From a virus (lineage: Duplodnaviria > Heunggongvirae > Uroviricota > Caudoviricetes): a stretch of DNA of 41,798 nucleotides. Below, one piece after another: positions 16,320 to 27,222 of this stretch. A program made the position numbers and the translations under genes. Every line of letters begins with the position of its first letter. Position 1 is the first letter of the stretch. The notes beneath the pieces were generated by a model. It had not been told where the DNA came from, did not search any database, and was given only the letters and a program-made list of their open reading frames with translations. The stretch spans positions 1 to 41,798 of the IMG/VR virus record IMGVR_UViG_2563366805_000010; one strand, written 5' to 3'.

Positions 16320-16643
16320 ATGAAAATGCCATACAAACAAGATTTCATCGCTGCGCTACTTGCCGCCAAGGAGCAGGGTATTGGTGCAATGCTGGCTTTT
16401 ATCATGGCGTATCTGCGTGGTCGCTATAACGGCGGCGCGGTAACAAAAACGCTAATTGATGCGCTGATGTGCGCGATGATTGCCTGGTTCGTTCGTGACC
16501 TTCTGGACTTTATCGGCCTGAGCAGCAACCTCGCCTACATAGCCAGCGTCTTTATTGGATACATCGGCACCGATTCGATCGGCAATCTGATTAAAAAACT
16601 TGCAGCAAAAAAGGCGGGAGTTGACGATGCAAACCAGTCCTGA
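16320..16643 (+). CDS. S: Class I holin (lambda S-like)
   Basis: Near-collinear with lambda S (MKMP...AKEQGIG...[10 protein letters not shown]...SNLAYI...[13 protein letters not shown]); MKM dual-start motif; GGAGGTGAGG SD. Confidence 0.9.
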   Translation: MKMPYKQDFIAALLAAKEQGIGAMLAFIMAYLRGRYNGGAVTKTLIDALMCAMIAWFVRDLLDFIGLSSNLAYIASVFIGYIGTDSIGNLIKKLAAKKAGVDDANQS

Positions 16644-17076
16644 CGGAATTGCTCTGATAAAAAAATTTGAAGGTTGTCGGCTGACTGCTTACCCCGACCC
16701 CGGAACGGGAGATGCGCCGTGGACCATCGGCTATGGCTGGACCCATCCGGTTGACGGAAAGCCAGTAAAGCGCGGTATGACTATCGACCAGCAAACCGCT
16801 GACAGGCTTCTGAAAACAGGGCTTGTTGGTTATGAGAATGACGTGCTGAAAGTTGTCAGGGTGAAGCTGACACAAGGCCAGTTCGATGCCCTGGTGTCGT
16901 TCACGTATAACCTCGGTGCGCGGTCATTGTCGACATCGACTCTCCTGCGAAAACTCAACGCCGGAGATTACGCTGGTGCAGCCGATGAGTTCCTGCGCTG
17001 GAATAAAGCTGGTGGGAAGGTGCTGAATGGGCTGACACGTCGGCGGGAGGCAGAGCGAGCTCTGTTCCTGTCATGA
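16627..17076 (+). CDS. Endolysin (GH24 lysozyme, P22 gp19-like)
   Basis: [18 protein letters not shown]...TIGYG and C-terminal [12 protein letters not shown] resemble P22 lysozyme; overlaps holin 3' end. Confidence 0.85.
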   Translation: MQTSPDGIALIKKFEGCRLTAYPDPGTGDAPWTIGYGWTHPVDGKPVKRGMTIDQQTADRLLKTGLVGYENDVLKVVRVKLTQGQFDALVSFTYNLGARSLSTSTLLRKLNAGDYAGAADEFLRWNKAGGKVLNGLTRRREAERALFLS

Positions 17077-17540
17077 TTAGCGCACTGGTTAAGCGTTACT
17101 GGCTGCAGTTGCTGGTGCTGGCGTTAATCGGCGCACTGGCTTTCTTCGTGAACCACTACCGCGACAACGCCATCACTTACAGAGACCAGCGCGATAAGGC
17201 CACTGAGAAACTCCTCCTGGCGACCGCCACCATTAAAGACATGCAGACCCGCCAGCGTGATGTCGCTGCACTGGATGCCAAATACACCGGAGAACTGGCT
17301 GATGCGAAAGAAACCATTGAGCGTCTGCATAGCGATGTCATTGCTGGCCGTAAGCGGCTGCAAGTCGCCGCCACCTGTGCAAAGTCAACGACCGGAGCCA
17401 GCAGCATGGGCGATGGAGAAAGCCCAAGACTTACAGCAGATGCTGAACTCAATTATTACCGTCTCCGAAGTGGAATCGACAGGATAACCGCGCAGGTTAA
17501 CTACCTGCAGGAATACATCAGGACGCAATGCCTGAAATAA
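17073..17540 (+). CDS. Rz: Rz i-spanin
   Basis: N-terminal TM helix then [10 protein letters not shown]...[13 protein letters not shown] as in lambda Rz. Confidence 0.8.
   Translation: MISALVKRYWLQLLVLALIGALAFFVNHYRDNAITYRDQRDKATEKLLLATATIKDMQTRQRDVAALDAKYTGELADAKETIERLHSDVIAGRKRLQVAATCAKSTTGASSMGDGESPRLTADAELNYYRLRSGIDRITAQVNYLQEYIRTQCLK
17302..17487 (+). CDS. Rz1: Rz1 o-spanin lipoprotein, embedded in Rz in +1 frame
   Basis: [20 protein letters not shown] lipobox followed by Pro-rich segment; entirely inside Rz. Confidence 0.7.
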   Translation: MRKKPLSVCIAMSLLAVSGCKSPPPVQSQRPEPAAWAMEKAQDLQQMLNSIITVSEVESTG

Positions 17541-17572
17541 TTTTTTTGCAAATCACAAAGTCAATTTAATGA

Positions 17573-17595
17573 GCCTCGCGATGCGGGGCTTTTTT
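17573..17595 (+). terminator. Rho-independent terminator after lysis cassette
   Basis: GCCTCGC-GAT-GCGGGGC hairpin (one G-T pair) followed by six T. Confidence 0.55.
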
Positions 17596-17738
17596 ATGTC
17601 CGCAGTAAACGCGCATCTCACGCGCATATTAACGAGAGCCTTTCAGTAAGCGAGCCTGAGAAATGCCGTTATAGGTGGCGACCTCTCTCGGGCGGCTTTT
17701 CTGTGAGACAGGCTCACTTTCTAAAAGGTAAAGACGCT

Positions 17739-18257
17739 ATGAATAATCCGTCAGTTATTCCGGCCTTCGACTTCCGCGAAATGGTCACGACCCTCGACAA
17801 CAAGATAATCACCACATCACTCAAGGTGGCGGATTACTTTGGCAAGCGACACAAAGACGTTTTGCGTGCCATACGTAACCTGAAATGCTCCGATGACTTC
17901 ACCCAGCGCAATTTTGCGCCCATTGATTTCATTGATAAAAATGGCGATGTTCAGCCTATGTATAACATCACCCGCGACGGATGCATGATGCTAGTGATGG
18001 GATTCACTGGCAAAACAGCTGCCGCAGTGAAGGAGTGTTACATCAATGCCTTCAACTGGATGGCCGAGCAGCTAAACCGGCGCATGGCGATGGGTGAAGA
18101 ATTGCAGCATCGCTACGCCATCAAAGAAACGCGCTCAAAGCTGAAAGGCACGATCGGAAGCCGTTTGATGAACGAGCGGAAGAAAGAGAAGCGCGTCCTG
18201 GAGCTCGAACATGAGCACATCATGCAGGTAACGCAGCCGGAATTACTTATTGGCTGA
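17739..18257 (+). CDS. rha: Rha-family phage regulatory protein
   Basis: ITTSLKVADYFGKRHKDVLRAIRNL is the conserved Rha core; AAAGG SD. Confidence 0.7.
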   Translation: MNNPSVIPAFDFREMVTTLDNKIITTSLKVADYFGKRHKDVLRAIRNLKCSDDFTQRNFAPIDFIDKNGDVQPMYNITRDGCMMLVMGFTGKTAAAVKECYINAFNWMAEQLNRRMAMGEELQHRYAIKETRSKLKGTIGSRLMNERKKEKRVLELEHEHIMQVTQPELLIG

Positions 18258-18317
18258 TCGCGGCATTACAGAAGCCCTTCATTGAGGGGCTTCGATAATG
18301 GAGCACTGGAATTATTC

Positions 18318-18938
18318 ATGAACAGACCACACCCACCAGCGCATTTTACGATGCCACCTGACCCGAAGCCGTACATCAGCATTATGCCCGCTAATGACGT
18401 TGGCGAGTGGCTGAATCAGCACATCCTGAGCGATGAGGGTGACCTCTACAACCATGACCACCAGCATTTGCTTGAAGCGGATCTGTGCTTTCTCTGGGCG
18501 TCTAACGCTTTCGAGAAGAAAGGGCGTTCCGTGCTGGGGCAGGCGGAAGAAGTGGCAATGCGGGCTGGAGGCTGGCAGAAAGCGCGGATGGAGCAGCAGA
18601 TGTATGAATGGTTCGGCAGGGTGCCGCAGTTCATCATCACGCTGGCCGCTGATTACTGCTCGCAATGTTCCGATCTGGAATTCTGTGCGCTGATAGAGCA
18701 CGAGCTTTATCACATCTGCCAGGCGACAGATGAATTTGGCGCGCCGAAGTTCACGCAGGAAGGGCAGCCAAAGCTGAAGCTGCGCGGCCATGACGTGGAA
18801 GAGTTTGTGGGCGTGGTTCGCCGTTACGGTGCAAGCCGGGACGTGCAGGAAATGATTGATGCGGCGAATCAGCCAGCGGAGGTTGCTCATCTCGATATTG
18901 CCAGAGCGTGCGGGACGTGCATGCTGCGACTGGCTTAA
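18318..18938 (+). CDS. Hypothetical HExxH-motif protein (putative zinc metallopeptidase)
   Basis: IEHELYHICQ followed by acidic residues; Cys cluster CSQCSDLEFC and C-terminal CGTC; start uncertain (track begins at TTG 18282). Confidence 0.5.
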   Translation: MNRPHPPAHFTMPPDPKPYISIMPANDVGEWLNQHILSDEGDLYNHDHQHLLEADLCFLWASNAFEKKGRSVLGQAEEVAMRAGGWQKARMEQQMYEWFGRVPQFIITLAADYCSQCSDLEFCALIEHELYHICQATDEFGAPKFTQEGQPKLKLRGHDVEEFVGVVRRYGASRDVQEMIDAANQPAEVAHLDIARACGTCMLRLA

Positions 18939-18969
18939 ATACTGGACTGTATAAGACGAATGGTGATTT

Positions 18970-19443
18970 ATGGCTGCATTAAAACCTGATGTGAAAGCCT
19001 TCATCATTCAGTCGCTTGCGTGCTATGACACGCCATCGCAGGTGGTCGAGGCTGTCCAAAAAGAATTCGGGATCAAGATTACCCGCCAGCAGGCTGAATC
19101 TCACGACCCCACGAAGGCCAGCGGTAAGACGCTCGCCAAAAAGTGGATCGAGATGTTCCACGCGACGCGCGAACGGTTCCTGACCGAAACCAGCGACATT
19201 CCGATAGCGAACAAATCCTATCGCCTCCGCGTGCTTGACCGCATGGCAACCAAAACCGAGGGGATGAAAAACTTCTCCCTGACGGCGCAGCTTATCGAAC
19301 AGGCCGCGAAAGAGGTTGGCGACGCTTACACCAATAAGCTGAAGGTTGAGAGCACTGGCAAGGATGGCGGCCCGATCAAGACCGAGACGACCAACCTCAC
19401 CGCAGATCAGGCCGCAGAGATTTACCGCAAGATGATGGGGTGA
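18970..19443 (+). CDS. Putative terminase small subunit
   Basis: 157-aa gene directly upstream of and overlapping the large terminase; basic, HTH-like N-terminus; assignment by position. Confidence 0.45.
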   Translation: MAALKPDVKAFIIQSLACYDTPSQVVEAVQKEFGIKITRQQAESHDPTKASGKTLAKKWIEMFHATRERFLTETSDIPIANKSYRLRVLDRMATKTEGMKNFSLTAQLIEQAAKEVGDAYTNKLKVESTGKDGGPIKTETTNLTADQAAEIYRKMMG

Positions 19444-19445
19444 TC

Positions 19446-21068
19446 ATGCCTCTCCCGTTTGAATTCGATTTCAGAAACCCTGATTACCAGATGGTTTTTG
19501 AATGGCGGATGGAGCGCTTACAGCGCATTCGCCAGAACCCTGAAATGCTGCCAGCGCTAAAGCAGTTTTATCGCACCAACCCGGCACAGTTCATCATCGA
19601 CTGGGGTATGACTACTGACCCGCGTAACATCGATTATGGCCTGCCGGTCACCATCCCTTTTCTGCTGTTCCCGAAACAGGAAGAGTGGATTCACTGGATC
19701 ATGGAGCGGCGCGAACGACTGGAGAACGGCATCACCGAAAAGAGCCGCGAAATGGGGCTCAGTTGGACCGCGATCGGGCTGGCCTGCTCGCTTTGTCTCT
19801 TCAACAAAGAAATGGTTATCGGTTTCGGCTCCCGTAAAGAGGAATACGTCGACAGCACCGGTGACCCGAAGGCGCTGTTCTGGAAGGCGCGAAAGTTCGT
19901 GGAAACACTGCCCATCGAGTTTCGTGGTTCGTGGGACGAGAAGAAGCATGCGCCGTATATGCGCGTTGAGTTTCCAGATACTGGCGCGGTTATCAAAGGC
20001 GAGGCTGGCGACAATATCGGACGTGGTGACCGTACCACGCTCTACCTGGTGGATGAAGCTGCATTCCTCCAGCGTCCTCTGTTGATTGATGCGGCGCTGT
20101 CGCAAACCACCCGTTGCCGTATTGACCTGAGCTCGGTTAATGGCATGGCGAACCCGTTCGCGCAGAAGCGTCACGGCGGGAAGATACCGGTATTCACATT
20201 CCACTGGCGGGATGATCCTCGCAAGGATGAAGAGTGGTATCGCAGGGAGTGCGAGAAAATCGACAATCCGGTGGTGGTGGCGCAGGAACTTGACCTGAAC
20301 TACAGCGCATCTGCGGAAGGCGTCCTGATCCCGTCCGACTGGGTACAGGCTGCCGTCGACGCGCATATCAAACTTGGTATTCAGCCAACGGGCAAGCGAC
20401 TGGGCGCGATGGACGTCGCCGACGAAGGCCGGGACAAAAACGCCTTTTCGACCCGTCACGGCTTCCTCCTGGAGAACGTGCGGGAATGGTCCGGCGTGGG
20501 CAGCGACATTTACCAGTCCGTTGAGAAGGTCTTCGGCTTTTGCGAACAGGACAACCTCGAAGAATTTCGCTTCGACGAGGACGGCCTGGGCGCTGGCGTT
20601 CGCGGCGATGCACGCGCCATCAACGAACTGCGTAACGCTGCGCGCCGACCGTCAATACTCGCCACACCGTTTCGCGGTAGCGGCGCGGTGTTTGATCCGG
20701 ACGACGAAGCGGTGCGCGGCGACAACGGACAGGCCGCCCGCCTGAACAAGGACTTCTTTGCTAACGCCAAGGCCCAGAGCTGGTGGCAATTACGCAAGCT
20801 TTTCCAGAACACCTGGCGCGCCGTGGTTGAGGGAATGGCCTACAACCCGGACGAAATTATCTCAATCAGCAGCGCCATGGCGAGCAAAGACAAACTCATC
20901 ATCGAGCTGTCGCAACCGACCTATTCCATTAACGGTGTGGGGAAAATCGTTGTTGATAAACAGCCTGACGGCACCAAGTCGCCGAACCTCGCCGACTCGG
21001 TGATGATCAGCTACGCGCCAATGAATTCAGCCCTGAACATCTGGGAGCTGCTAGGGAGACAGGCCTGA
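19446..21068 (+). CDS. Terminase large subunit
   Basis: 540 aa; ATPase then nuclease halves; acidic segment LYLVDEAAF resembles a Walker B; followed by portal. Confidence 0.8.
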   Translation: MPLPFEFDFRNPDYQMVFEWRMERLQRIRQNPEMLPALKQFYRTNPAQFIIDWGMTTDPRNIDYGLPVTIPFLLFPKQEEWIHWIMERRERLENGITEKSREMGLSWTAIGLACSLCLFNKEMVIGFGSRKEEYVDSTGDPKALFWKARKFVETLPIEFRGSWDEKKHAPYMRVEFPDTGAVIKGEAGDNIGRGDRTTLYLVDEAAFLQRPLLIDAALSQTTRCRIDLSSVNGMANPFAQKRHGGKIPVFTFHWRDDPRKDEEWYRRECEKIDNPVVVAQELDLNYSASAEGVLIPSDWVQAAVDAHIKLGIQPTGKRLGAMDVADEGRDKNAFSTRHGFLLENVREWSGVGSDIYQSVEKVFGFCEQDNLEEFRFDEDGLGAGVRGDARAINELRNAARRPSILATPFRGSGAVFDPDDEAVRGDNGQAARLNKDFFANAKAQSWWQLRKLFQNTWRAVVEGMAYNPDEIISISSAMASKDKLIIELSQPTYSINGVGKIVVDKQPDGTKSPNLADSVMISYAPMNSALNIWELLGRQA

Positions 21069-22537
21069 TGGCACGAAACAAGCAAGCCTCTCAGCGAACG
21101 GCGCAGGCCACCGCTGATGGCTATGAAAACTTTGTCGCCCGCGTGGGGATGCAGACGCCTAACCAGCATTCAGCATCGACCTACCGGGCGAACTTCACCA
21201 GCCGCAACCGCATGCTGGTGGAATGGTCATATCGCGGATCGTGGGTTATCGGCGAAGCGGTCGACGCTATCCCGGACGATATGACCCGGAAAGGCATTCG
21301 CATCACTTCGGAGATTGACGCCAAAGACCGTGGCACCCTGGAAGCGCAGCTGGATGAGTTGCAGATCTGGGATGCGCTGAACGACGTGCTGAAATGGTCG
21401 CGTCTCTACGGCGGCGCGGTGGGCTTCATCATGATTGAGGGGCAGGCACCAATGACCCCGTTGCGGCTCGAAACCATTGGAGAAGGCAAGTTTAAGGGCA
21501 TTCTCCCGCTCGACCGCTGGATGATTAACCCGGTGCTGACCCGCCGCATTAAAGATATGGGGCCGGACCTCGGCAAGCCTGAGTTTTACGACGTGGTGAC
21601 CACTGCAACGGGCATCCCGGCCTGGCGCATCCATCACAGCCGCCTGATTCGCTTCGACGGGGTGACGCTGCCATTCCAGCAGAAGATGACCGAAAACGAA
21701 TGGGGAATGTCGGTTGTAGAGCGTATCTGGGATCGGCTTACTGCGTTCGATAGCGCTACTGTCGGCGCGGCGCAGCTGGTCTATAAAGCGCATCTGCGTA
21801 CCTATAGCGTGGAGAAGTTGCGCGAGCTTATCGCGCTTGGAGGCCCGGCGTTCGAAGCGTTGCTGAAGAACATCGACCTGATCCGCCAGTTCCAGAGCAA
21901 TGAAGGTATGACGCTCATGGACTCGCGGGATAAGTTCGAAACCCACCAGTACAGCTTTAGTGGTCTGGATGACATTCTTTCGCAGTTTGCTGAGCAGATC
22001 AGCGGTGCCGTTGGTATCCCGCTGGTACGCCTGTTCGGTCAATCCCCGAAAGGCTTCTCTACTGGTGATGCAGACCTCGCCAACTATTACGACCGGGTGA
22101 GCTCATTGCAGGAGCGCCGCTTACGGCTGCCGATGCGCCGGATACTGGACATTATGCACCGCTCGGAACTCGGAAAGCCGCTGCCGGACGATTTCACGTT
22201 TGAGTTTAACCCGCTATGGCAAATGTCAGACGTTGACCGATCAACGGTGGCCGTAAACACCACCAACGCGATCAGTACCGCGCTGGGCGACGGATTGATG
22301 ACGCGTAAGGCGGCGATGACCGACCTGCGCGAAAACTCTGACGTCACCGGCATCGGGGCATCCATTACCGACGAGGATATCGAGAATGCCGAAGACGAAG
22401 CGCCGCCAGGCATCGGCGAACTTGGCGACAAACCGCCAGAGCCGCCAGGCGGAGATCCGATATCGAACGAGTCTACGGCAGATAGCGCGGGCGGTCGGGG
22501 ATATCGTAAATGGTCGCTACGATGGTTCAAACGATAG
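21068..22537 (+). CDS. Portal protein
   Basis: 489 aa directly after terminase, acidic low-complexity C-terminus; start overlaps terminase stop. Confidence 0.75.
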   Translation: MARNKQASQRTAQATADGYENFVARVGMQTPNQHSASTYRANFTSRNRMLVEWSYRGSWVIGEAVDAIPDDMTRKGIRITSEIDAKDRGTLEAQLDELQIWDALNDVLKWSRLYGGAVGFIMIEGQAPMTPLRLETIGEGKFKGILPLDRWMINPVLTRRIKDMGPDLGKPEFYDVVTTATGIPAWRIHHSRLIRFDGVTLPFQQKMTENEWGMSVVERIWDRLTAFDSATVGAAQLVYKAHLRTYSVEKLRELIALGGPAFEALLKNIDLIRQFQSNEGMTLMDSRDKFETHQYSFSGLDDILSQFAEQISGAVGIPLVRLFGQSPKGFSTGDADLANYYDRVSSLQERRLRLPMRRILDIMHRSELGKPLPDDFTFEFNPLWQMSDVDRSTVAVNTTNAISTALGDGLMTRKAAMTDLRENSDVTGIGASITDEDIENAEDEAPPGIGELGDKPPEPPGGDPISNESTADSAGGRGYRKWSLRWFKR

Positions 22538-23159
22538 CGTCACCGAAATAATGGATGCGCTGGAGCGCTACAGCGAAATCATCACCCCCTGGGCGACTAA
22601 GGTTGCTGAGAGCTTCACCGCCGACATTGCGCGCCAGAATGAAAAGCAGTGGCGTCAGCACAGTCGGAACATCAGCGCAGAACTACGCAACATGGTCGAC
22701 CGCGCCCCGGTAGGCCAGGTGATGAAATCCATCGTCGCCGAGCAAATTAAGTACATCAAATCTCTGCCTCTTGAGGCCGCCGATCGGGTGTATGACATTC
22801 AGAACAAGGCCATCGAGGCTGTAGTAACTGGTGGCCGCGCTGAGCCATTCGCGAAAGAGATAGCTGCTTCCGGTGACGTGTCACGCTCACGAGCGAACCT
22901 TATCGCCCGGACTGAGCTTGGGCGCGCAACCGGTGCATTGGATCAGGCGCGTGCGCTGTCAATCGGCTCGAATGGTTATATCTGGCGTACAGCCGAAGAT
23001 GGCGACGTCCGGCATTCTCATCGGGAGATGGAAGGTAAGTTTGTCGAATGGGGCCGACCTCCAACGCTTGACGGTATGACCGGTCACGCTGGTGAGCTGC
23101 CGAACTGCCGCTGTTACAAAGAAATCGTCTTCCCCAACCCTCATTCTTATCTCGCCTGA
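22386..23159 (+). CDS. Head morphogenesis protein (Mu F / SPP1 gp7-like)
   Basis: C-terminal RTAEDGDVRHSHREMEGK...PNCRCY matches the F-like minor head protein signature; 5' 152 nt overlap the portal ORF, an in-frame ATG at 22548 is an alternative start. Confidence 0.7.
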   Translation: MPKTKRRQASANLATNRQSRQAEIRYRTSLRQIARAVGDIVNGRYDGSNDSVTEIMDALERYSEIITPWATKVAESFTADIARQNEKQWRQHSRNISAELRNMVDRAPVGQVMKSIVAEQIKYIKSLPLEAADRVYDIQNKAIEAVVTGGRAEPFAKEIAASGDVSRSRANLIARTELGRATGALDQARALSIGSNGYIWRTAEDGDVRHSHREMEGKFVEWGRPPTLDGMTGHAGELPNCRCYKEIVFPNPHSYLA

Positions 23160-23173
23160 ATCGCAGGTAAACC

Positions 23174-24406
23174 ATGAAATATTTTTTCAATACCCGGCTG
23201 GGGGAAACCCGCTATCAGCTGGCTGACGGCTCGCTGTTGTGTAAAGACGTGCCGATAGGTCGAACGGGTAAGCAGCTCTACGGCGCTGCCGATCTGCCAA
23301 ACCTCAAACCCGACAAGCTCGGTGAGATAGTCGTAACGCGTTCTCCTGAGCAGGTACTCCATCCGGCCACGCTCGCCTCATTCGAAGGGATGAGCATCAC
23401 GATCCTGCATCCTGAAGATGAAAACGGGAATGTGCGGCTGGTAAATCCCGAGAACTGGAAAGAGCTTGCGGTCGGGCATCTTCAGAACGTTCGGCGCGGG
23501 ACTGGTGACCAGTCTGATTTGATGCTGGCAGACCTTATCGTCAAAGACGAAAGCGCCATTCAGCTTATCGAAGATGGTCTGCGCGAAGTGTCGTGCGGCT
23601 ATGACGCGGAGTACGAGCAGACCGAGCCAGGTAAAGCCGAGCAGGTCGATATTACCGGAAACCATGTGGCTCTTGTCCCTAAAGGCAGAGCCGGAAATCG
23701 TTGTGCAATTGGAGACAGAGACACAATGGCAAATCAAAAGAAAAGCTGGTGGACCCGCATGCGCACGGCCATCAAAACGGGTGACGCTGACACCATGAAC
23801 GAACTGCTGGACTCTGCGCCAGCGGCGGTAACGGGTGACGAAGGGGATCTGCCGAGCGGCGTTAACCTCAACATTAACCTTTCACCGCAGCAACCATTGC
23901 CGGACAAAAAGCCGGAAATGGGCGGAGATCCAACCGGCGACGGCGAGGACGATATCAAAACCTTGCTCAAAGCCCTGCTGGCTAAGCTCGAAGGAACTGC
24001 GACGGGCGATAACGACAATAAGCCTGACGAAAAAGACAAAAAAGATCCGACCGGCGACGGCGAGGACGACGAAGAGGAAACCACGATTACCGGTGACTCT
24101 GCCTATCGTGCCGAGGTTATCGTCCCGGGTATCGATCTGAGCCGTAAGGTGAAACCGACCGCGTTCAAACGTGATGTGCTGGCTGCCGCTGACAAAACAC
24201 TGGTTCGCCAGGTTGTCGGTGATGCGGATATCCGCAAATTGCCCAAGCAATCGGTAGATATGGCGTTTAACGCCGTGTCAGAGATTGCCAAAGGGCGAAA
24301 CACCCGCAGCACCACGGGCGATGCACAACGTCCAAATATGGGCATGACCAGCATCGCTTCCCTGAACAAACAAAACGCCGACTTCTGGTCTAACCGCAAA
24401 GGATAA
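23174..24406 (+). CDS. Putative scaffolding/head maturation protein
   Basis: 410 aa; acidic repeat-containing central region (DPTGDGEDD twice); position between head morphogenesis and capsid genes. Confidence 0.45.
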   Translation: MKYFFNTRLGETRYQLADGSLLCKDVPIGRTGKQLYGAADLPNLKPDKLGEIVVTRSPEQVLHPATLASFEGMSITILHPEDENGNVRLVNPENWKELAVGHLQNVRRGTGDQSDLMLADLIVKDESAIQLIEDGLREVSCGYDAEYEQTEPGKAEQVDITGNHVALVPKGRAGNRCAIGDRDTMANQKKSWWTRMRTAIKTGDADTMNELLDSAPAAVTGDEGDLPSGVNLNINLSPQQPLPDKKPEMGGDPTGDGEDDIKTLLKALLAKLEGTATGDNDNKPDEKDKKDPTGDGEDDEEETTITGDSAYRAEVIVPGIDLSRKVKPTAFKRDVLAAADKTLVRQVVGDADIRKLPKQSVDMAFNAVSEIAKGRNTRSTTGDAQRPNMGMTSIASLNKQNADFWSNRKG

Positions 24407-24410
24407 TCCA

Positions 24411-24914
24411 ATGACTGCATATCTGTACCGGATGCCTGTTGGCATTGCCGGGGCTATCTCTCGCCCGCAGGACTTAACCGTCGAACCGGTGATCCTTAAA
24501 TCCGCTAACGCCTTCGCTGCCTATGGTCTGGCTGGCAAATATGACGCTGACGGCTTTTTCGTGCCGCTGGCGGACGGTGACACCGCCGACAAGGTGAAGG
24601 GGATCTACGTTCGTCCGTATCCGACCACATCGCAGCCAGACATGGTTCGCCAGGTGGGGACGGATAAGAACTTCCCGGGTGACGCCATGAAGCGTGGCTA
24701 CATGACCGTTAATCTCGGTTCTGATTTTGATGCCAGCACCATCAAAAAAGGCGACCCGGTATACGTTGTCGTCTCCACTGATGAATCCATAAAAGTGCCG
24801 CTGGGCGGCTTCATGTCCACGTCCGTCAGTGGCAAAAACGTGGCGCTGACCAACGCCGAATTCACAGGGGCCGGTGACGCTAACGGCAATGTAGAAATCT
24901 CCTGGAAGATTTAA
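24411..24914 (+). CDS. Putative head structural protein
   Basis: 167 aa with AAGGA SD immediately upstream of major capsid gene; beta-rich composition. Confidence 0.4.
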   Translation: MTAYLYRMPVGIAGAISRPQDLTVEPVILKSANAFAAYGLAGKYDADGFFVPLADGDTADKVKGIYVRPYPTTSQPDMVRQVGTDKNFPGDAMKRGYMTVNLGSDFDASTIKKGDPVYVVVSTDESIKVPLGGFMSTSVSGKNVALTNAEFTGAGDANGNVEISWKI

Positions 24915-24925
24915 GGAACAGACAA

Positions 24926-25867
24926 ATGATTACTTTTGATCAGGCAACCGTAGATAGCTCCGGTGCCTTTCTCATCGGGGAGCTGGAGCGACTCGACCAG
25001 ACGCTGAACCTGCCTCTGGTGGGGTACACCTGGACCCGAGATATTCAACTGCGTGAAGACGTGTCTATCGCAGATGACATTTCCAGCTGGACGAATACCA
25101 GCTTCGCCGCTGCGGGTACTGGTGCAAATCCGAATGGTAAAAACTGGGTAGGCAAAGACTCCACCGCTATTGCTGGCGTGAACGTGGATATCAGCAAAGA
25201 CGGCAATCCACTGAACCTCTGGGGTATGGAACTGGGCTGGACCGTTGTAGAGCTGGCAGCTGCTCAGCAGGTAGGCCGCCCGATTGATACCCAGAAGTAC
25301 GACGGGATGCAGCTCAAATGGCAGATGGACAACGACGAGCAGGTTTACATCGGTGATGACGCACTCGGCCTGAAAGGTCTGGCAAACCTCGTCGGTGTGA
25401 CGCTGAACAACGCGCCGAAGACCTGGGCGAACTCAACCAACGACGAGATCCTCGATAGCGTGAACAGCATTCTGTCTAATGCCTGGGCAGCATCCGGTTA
25501 TTCCATCGTGCCTTCTGATCTGCGCATTCCGCCAGAGCAGTATTCACTGCTGGCGAGCCGTAAGGTTTCCGAAGCGGGTAACCAGTCACTGCTGACCTAT
25601 CTGGCTGTGAACACTATCGCTTTCCACCAGAACGGCGTTCCGCTTGAAATCAAAGCGGTCAAATGGCTGAAAGGGCGTGGGGTTGGCGGTAAAGACCGTA
25701 TGATCGCCTACACCAACGACAAGAAATACGTGCGCTATCCGCTGGTGCCGTTGCAGAGCGTTCCTGTCCAGTATCGCGGTCTGTATCAGATTGCGACCTA
25801 CTACGGCAAGCTCGGTGCGGTTGAGCCAGTGTACAAAGAAACCCTGTCCTACGTGGACGGTATCTGA
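24926..25867 (+). CDS. Major capsid protein
   Basis: 313 aa, AAGGA SD, central position in head module; assignment by size and context. Confidence 0.6.
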   Translation: MITFDQATVDSSGAFLIGELERLDQTLNLPLVGYTWTRDIQLREDVSIADDISSWTNTSFAAAGTGANPNGKNWVGKDSTAIAGVNVDISKDGNPLNLWGMELGWTVVELAAAQQVGRPIDTQKYDGMQLKWQMDNDEQVYIGDDALGLKGLANLVGVTLNNAPKTWANSTNDEILDSVNSILSNAWAASGYSIVPSDLRIPPEQYSLLASRKVSEAGNQSLLTYLAVNTIAFHQNGVPLEIKAVKWLKGRGVGGKDRMIAYTNDKKYVRYPLVPLQSVPVQYRGLYQIATYYGKLGAVEPVYKETLSYVDGI

Positions 25868-25908
25868 TAACCAGAACGGCCCCGAAAGGGGCCAGAAGGG
25901 AACTGAAA

Positions 25909-26298
25909 ATGGCGAAAGAAAAGCTGGTTACCATCCATGTTCACACCCCGTTTACGCTGACGCTCGGCGATCAGTCAAAAAGGGAGTTTGGCCGGGGACG
26001 GCATAACGTACCGGAAGAGGTCGCGTCGCACTGGTTCACCCAGGCGCACTCCGAGCTTTCCGAAAGCGTGATTAGCGACACCGATGATCTGCAACCCATT
26101 ATCGACAGCCTGCAAGCTCAGATTGCCGACAAAGATAAGCAGATTATCGATAAAGATCAGTTGATTGCCGATCTGCGAGAAGCGCTGCTCAAGCTGCAAG
26201 AGCAGAACGACAGCCTGCAAGCGCAGATTGCTGCCGCCCAGACTGGCGGTAATGGGGCGAAAGATGCCAAAGAATCAAAGCCTGCCAACAGTAAGTGA
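25909..26298 (+). CDS. Hypothetical coiled-coil protein
   Basis: 129 aa; heptad-like [44 protein letters not shown]. Confidence 0.5.
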   Translation: MAKEKLVTIHVHTPFTLTLGDQSKREFGRGRHNVPEEVASHWFTQAHSELSESVISDTDDLQPIIDSLQAQIADKDKQIIDKDQLIADLREALLKLQEQNDSLQAQIAAAQTGGNGAKDAKESKPANSK

Positions 26299-26671
26299 TT
26301 TTCGGCGCGACTTTCCACAGTTTGCTGACCCTGCCAAATATCCCGAAGCACAAATCCAGTTTCGTCTGAATCTGGCTGATGTGCTGCTGAGCGAAAACGT
26401 CACCGGCAAAGAGTTGTTTCCGTACTTTGTCGAGTTGTTCGTGGCTCACTACATGACGCTCTGGGCGGCAGATAGCCGGGCAATGCTCGTCGGCGGCCCG
26501 GGTGGCTCAACCAATGGTGTTCAGTCCTCCAAGTCCGTTGACAAGGTAAGCGTCAGCTATGACACCAGCGCGACGCTAAACCCTGACGCAGGCTTCTGGA
26601 ATAACACCCGATATGGCGCTGAATTTTATCAGTTGATCACGATGTTTGGTGCAGGCGGTCGCCAGCTATGA
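26264..26671 (+). CDS. Hypothetical virion protein (head-tail connector-like)
   Basis: Start chosen at in-frame ATG 26264 (26252 also possible); overlaps previous gene 3' end. Confidence 0.45.
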   Translation: MPKNQSLPTVSDFRRDFPQFADPAKYPEAQIQFRLNLADVLLSENVTGKELFPYFVELFVAHYMTLWAADSRAMLVGGPGGSTNGVQSSKSVDKVSVSYDTSATLNPDAGFWNNTRYGAEFYQLITMFGAGGRQL

Positions 26672-27222
26672 GTTTCAAAAGCGGTGTAACAACGAGGGTG
26701 GATAACGCTAAGGCCATTCTGGATGCGCTCAGGTCGTTAACCAAAAAAGATGTGCTGGTCGGCATCCCTTCGGAAGACAGCGAGCGGGATGATGTTCCGT
26801 TTGGTAATGCGGGCATCGGTTACCTCAACGAATACGGCTCACCAGAGCAGAACATCCCGCCACGACCTCACCTGGTCCCCGGCGTTAAATCGGCAGAAGA
26901 GCAGACGGTGCCGCAGCTCAAAACCGCGGCGCAGGCTGCTCTTGATGGTAATGCTGCGGGAGCAGAACGCGCACTCAACCGTGCCGGAACGCTGGCCGCT
27001 AATGGCGTCAGGCGTTACATGACTATTACCGACTTTACGCCGCTTGCTGACAGCACTGTTGAAGCCCGGGCTCGTCGGGGGCGCAAGGGGGCAACACTGG
27101 AACTTGCCCGGCGTGTTGCTGGCGAATCTCCCGGAACCGATCTGGCGAAACCATTAATTGACACCGGGCAATATCGCAGAGCTATTACCCATGTAGTGAG
27201 GGATAAAGATGCCGACTCTTGA
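26668..27222 (+). CDS. Hypothetical virion protein
   Basis: 184 aa, coupled start and stop in the late operon. Confidence 0.5.
   Translation: MSFKSGVTTRVDNAKAILDALRSLTKKDVLVGIPSEDSERDDVPFGNAGIGYLNEYGSPEQNIPPRPHLVPGVKSAEEQTVPQLKTAAQAALDGNAAGAERALNRAGTLAANGVRRYMTITDFTPLADSTVEARARRGRKGATLELARRVAGESPGTDLAKPLIDTGQYRRAITHVVRDKDADS

Noticed and set aside
16200-16643. 147-aa extended form of the holin ORF
   Set aside because: The extension spans a terminator and lacks an SD; the MKM start at 16320 has a strong SD and matches lambda S length.
19557-20459. 300-aa minus-strand ORF opposite the large terminase
   Set aside because: Fully embedded antisense to the terminase gene; Arg-rich shadow frame.
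21227-22042. 271-aa minus-strand ORF opposite the portal gene
   Set aside because: Antisense within the portal gene in a uniformly plus-strand late operon.
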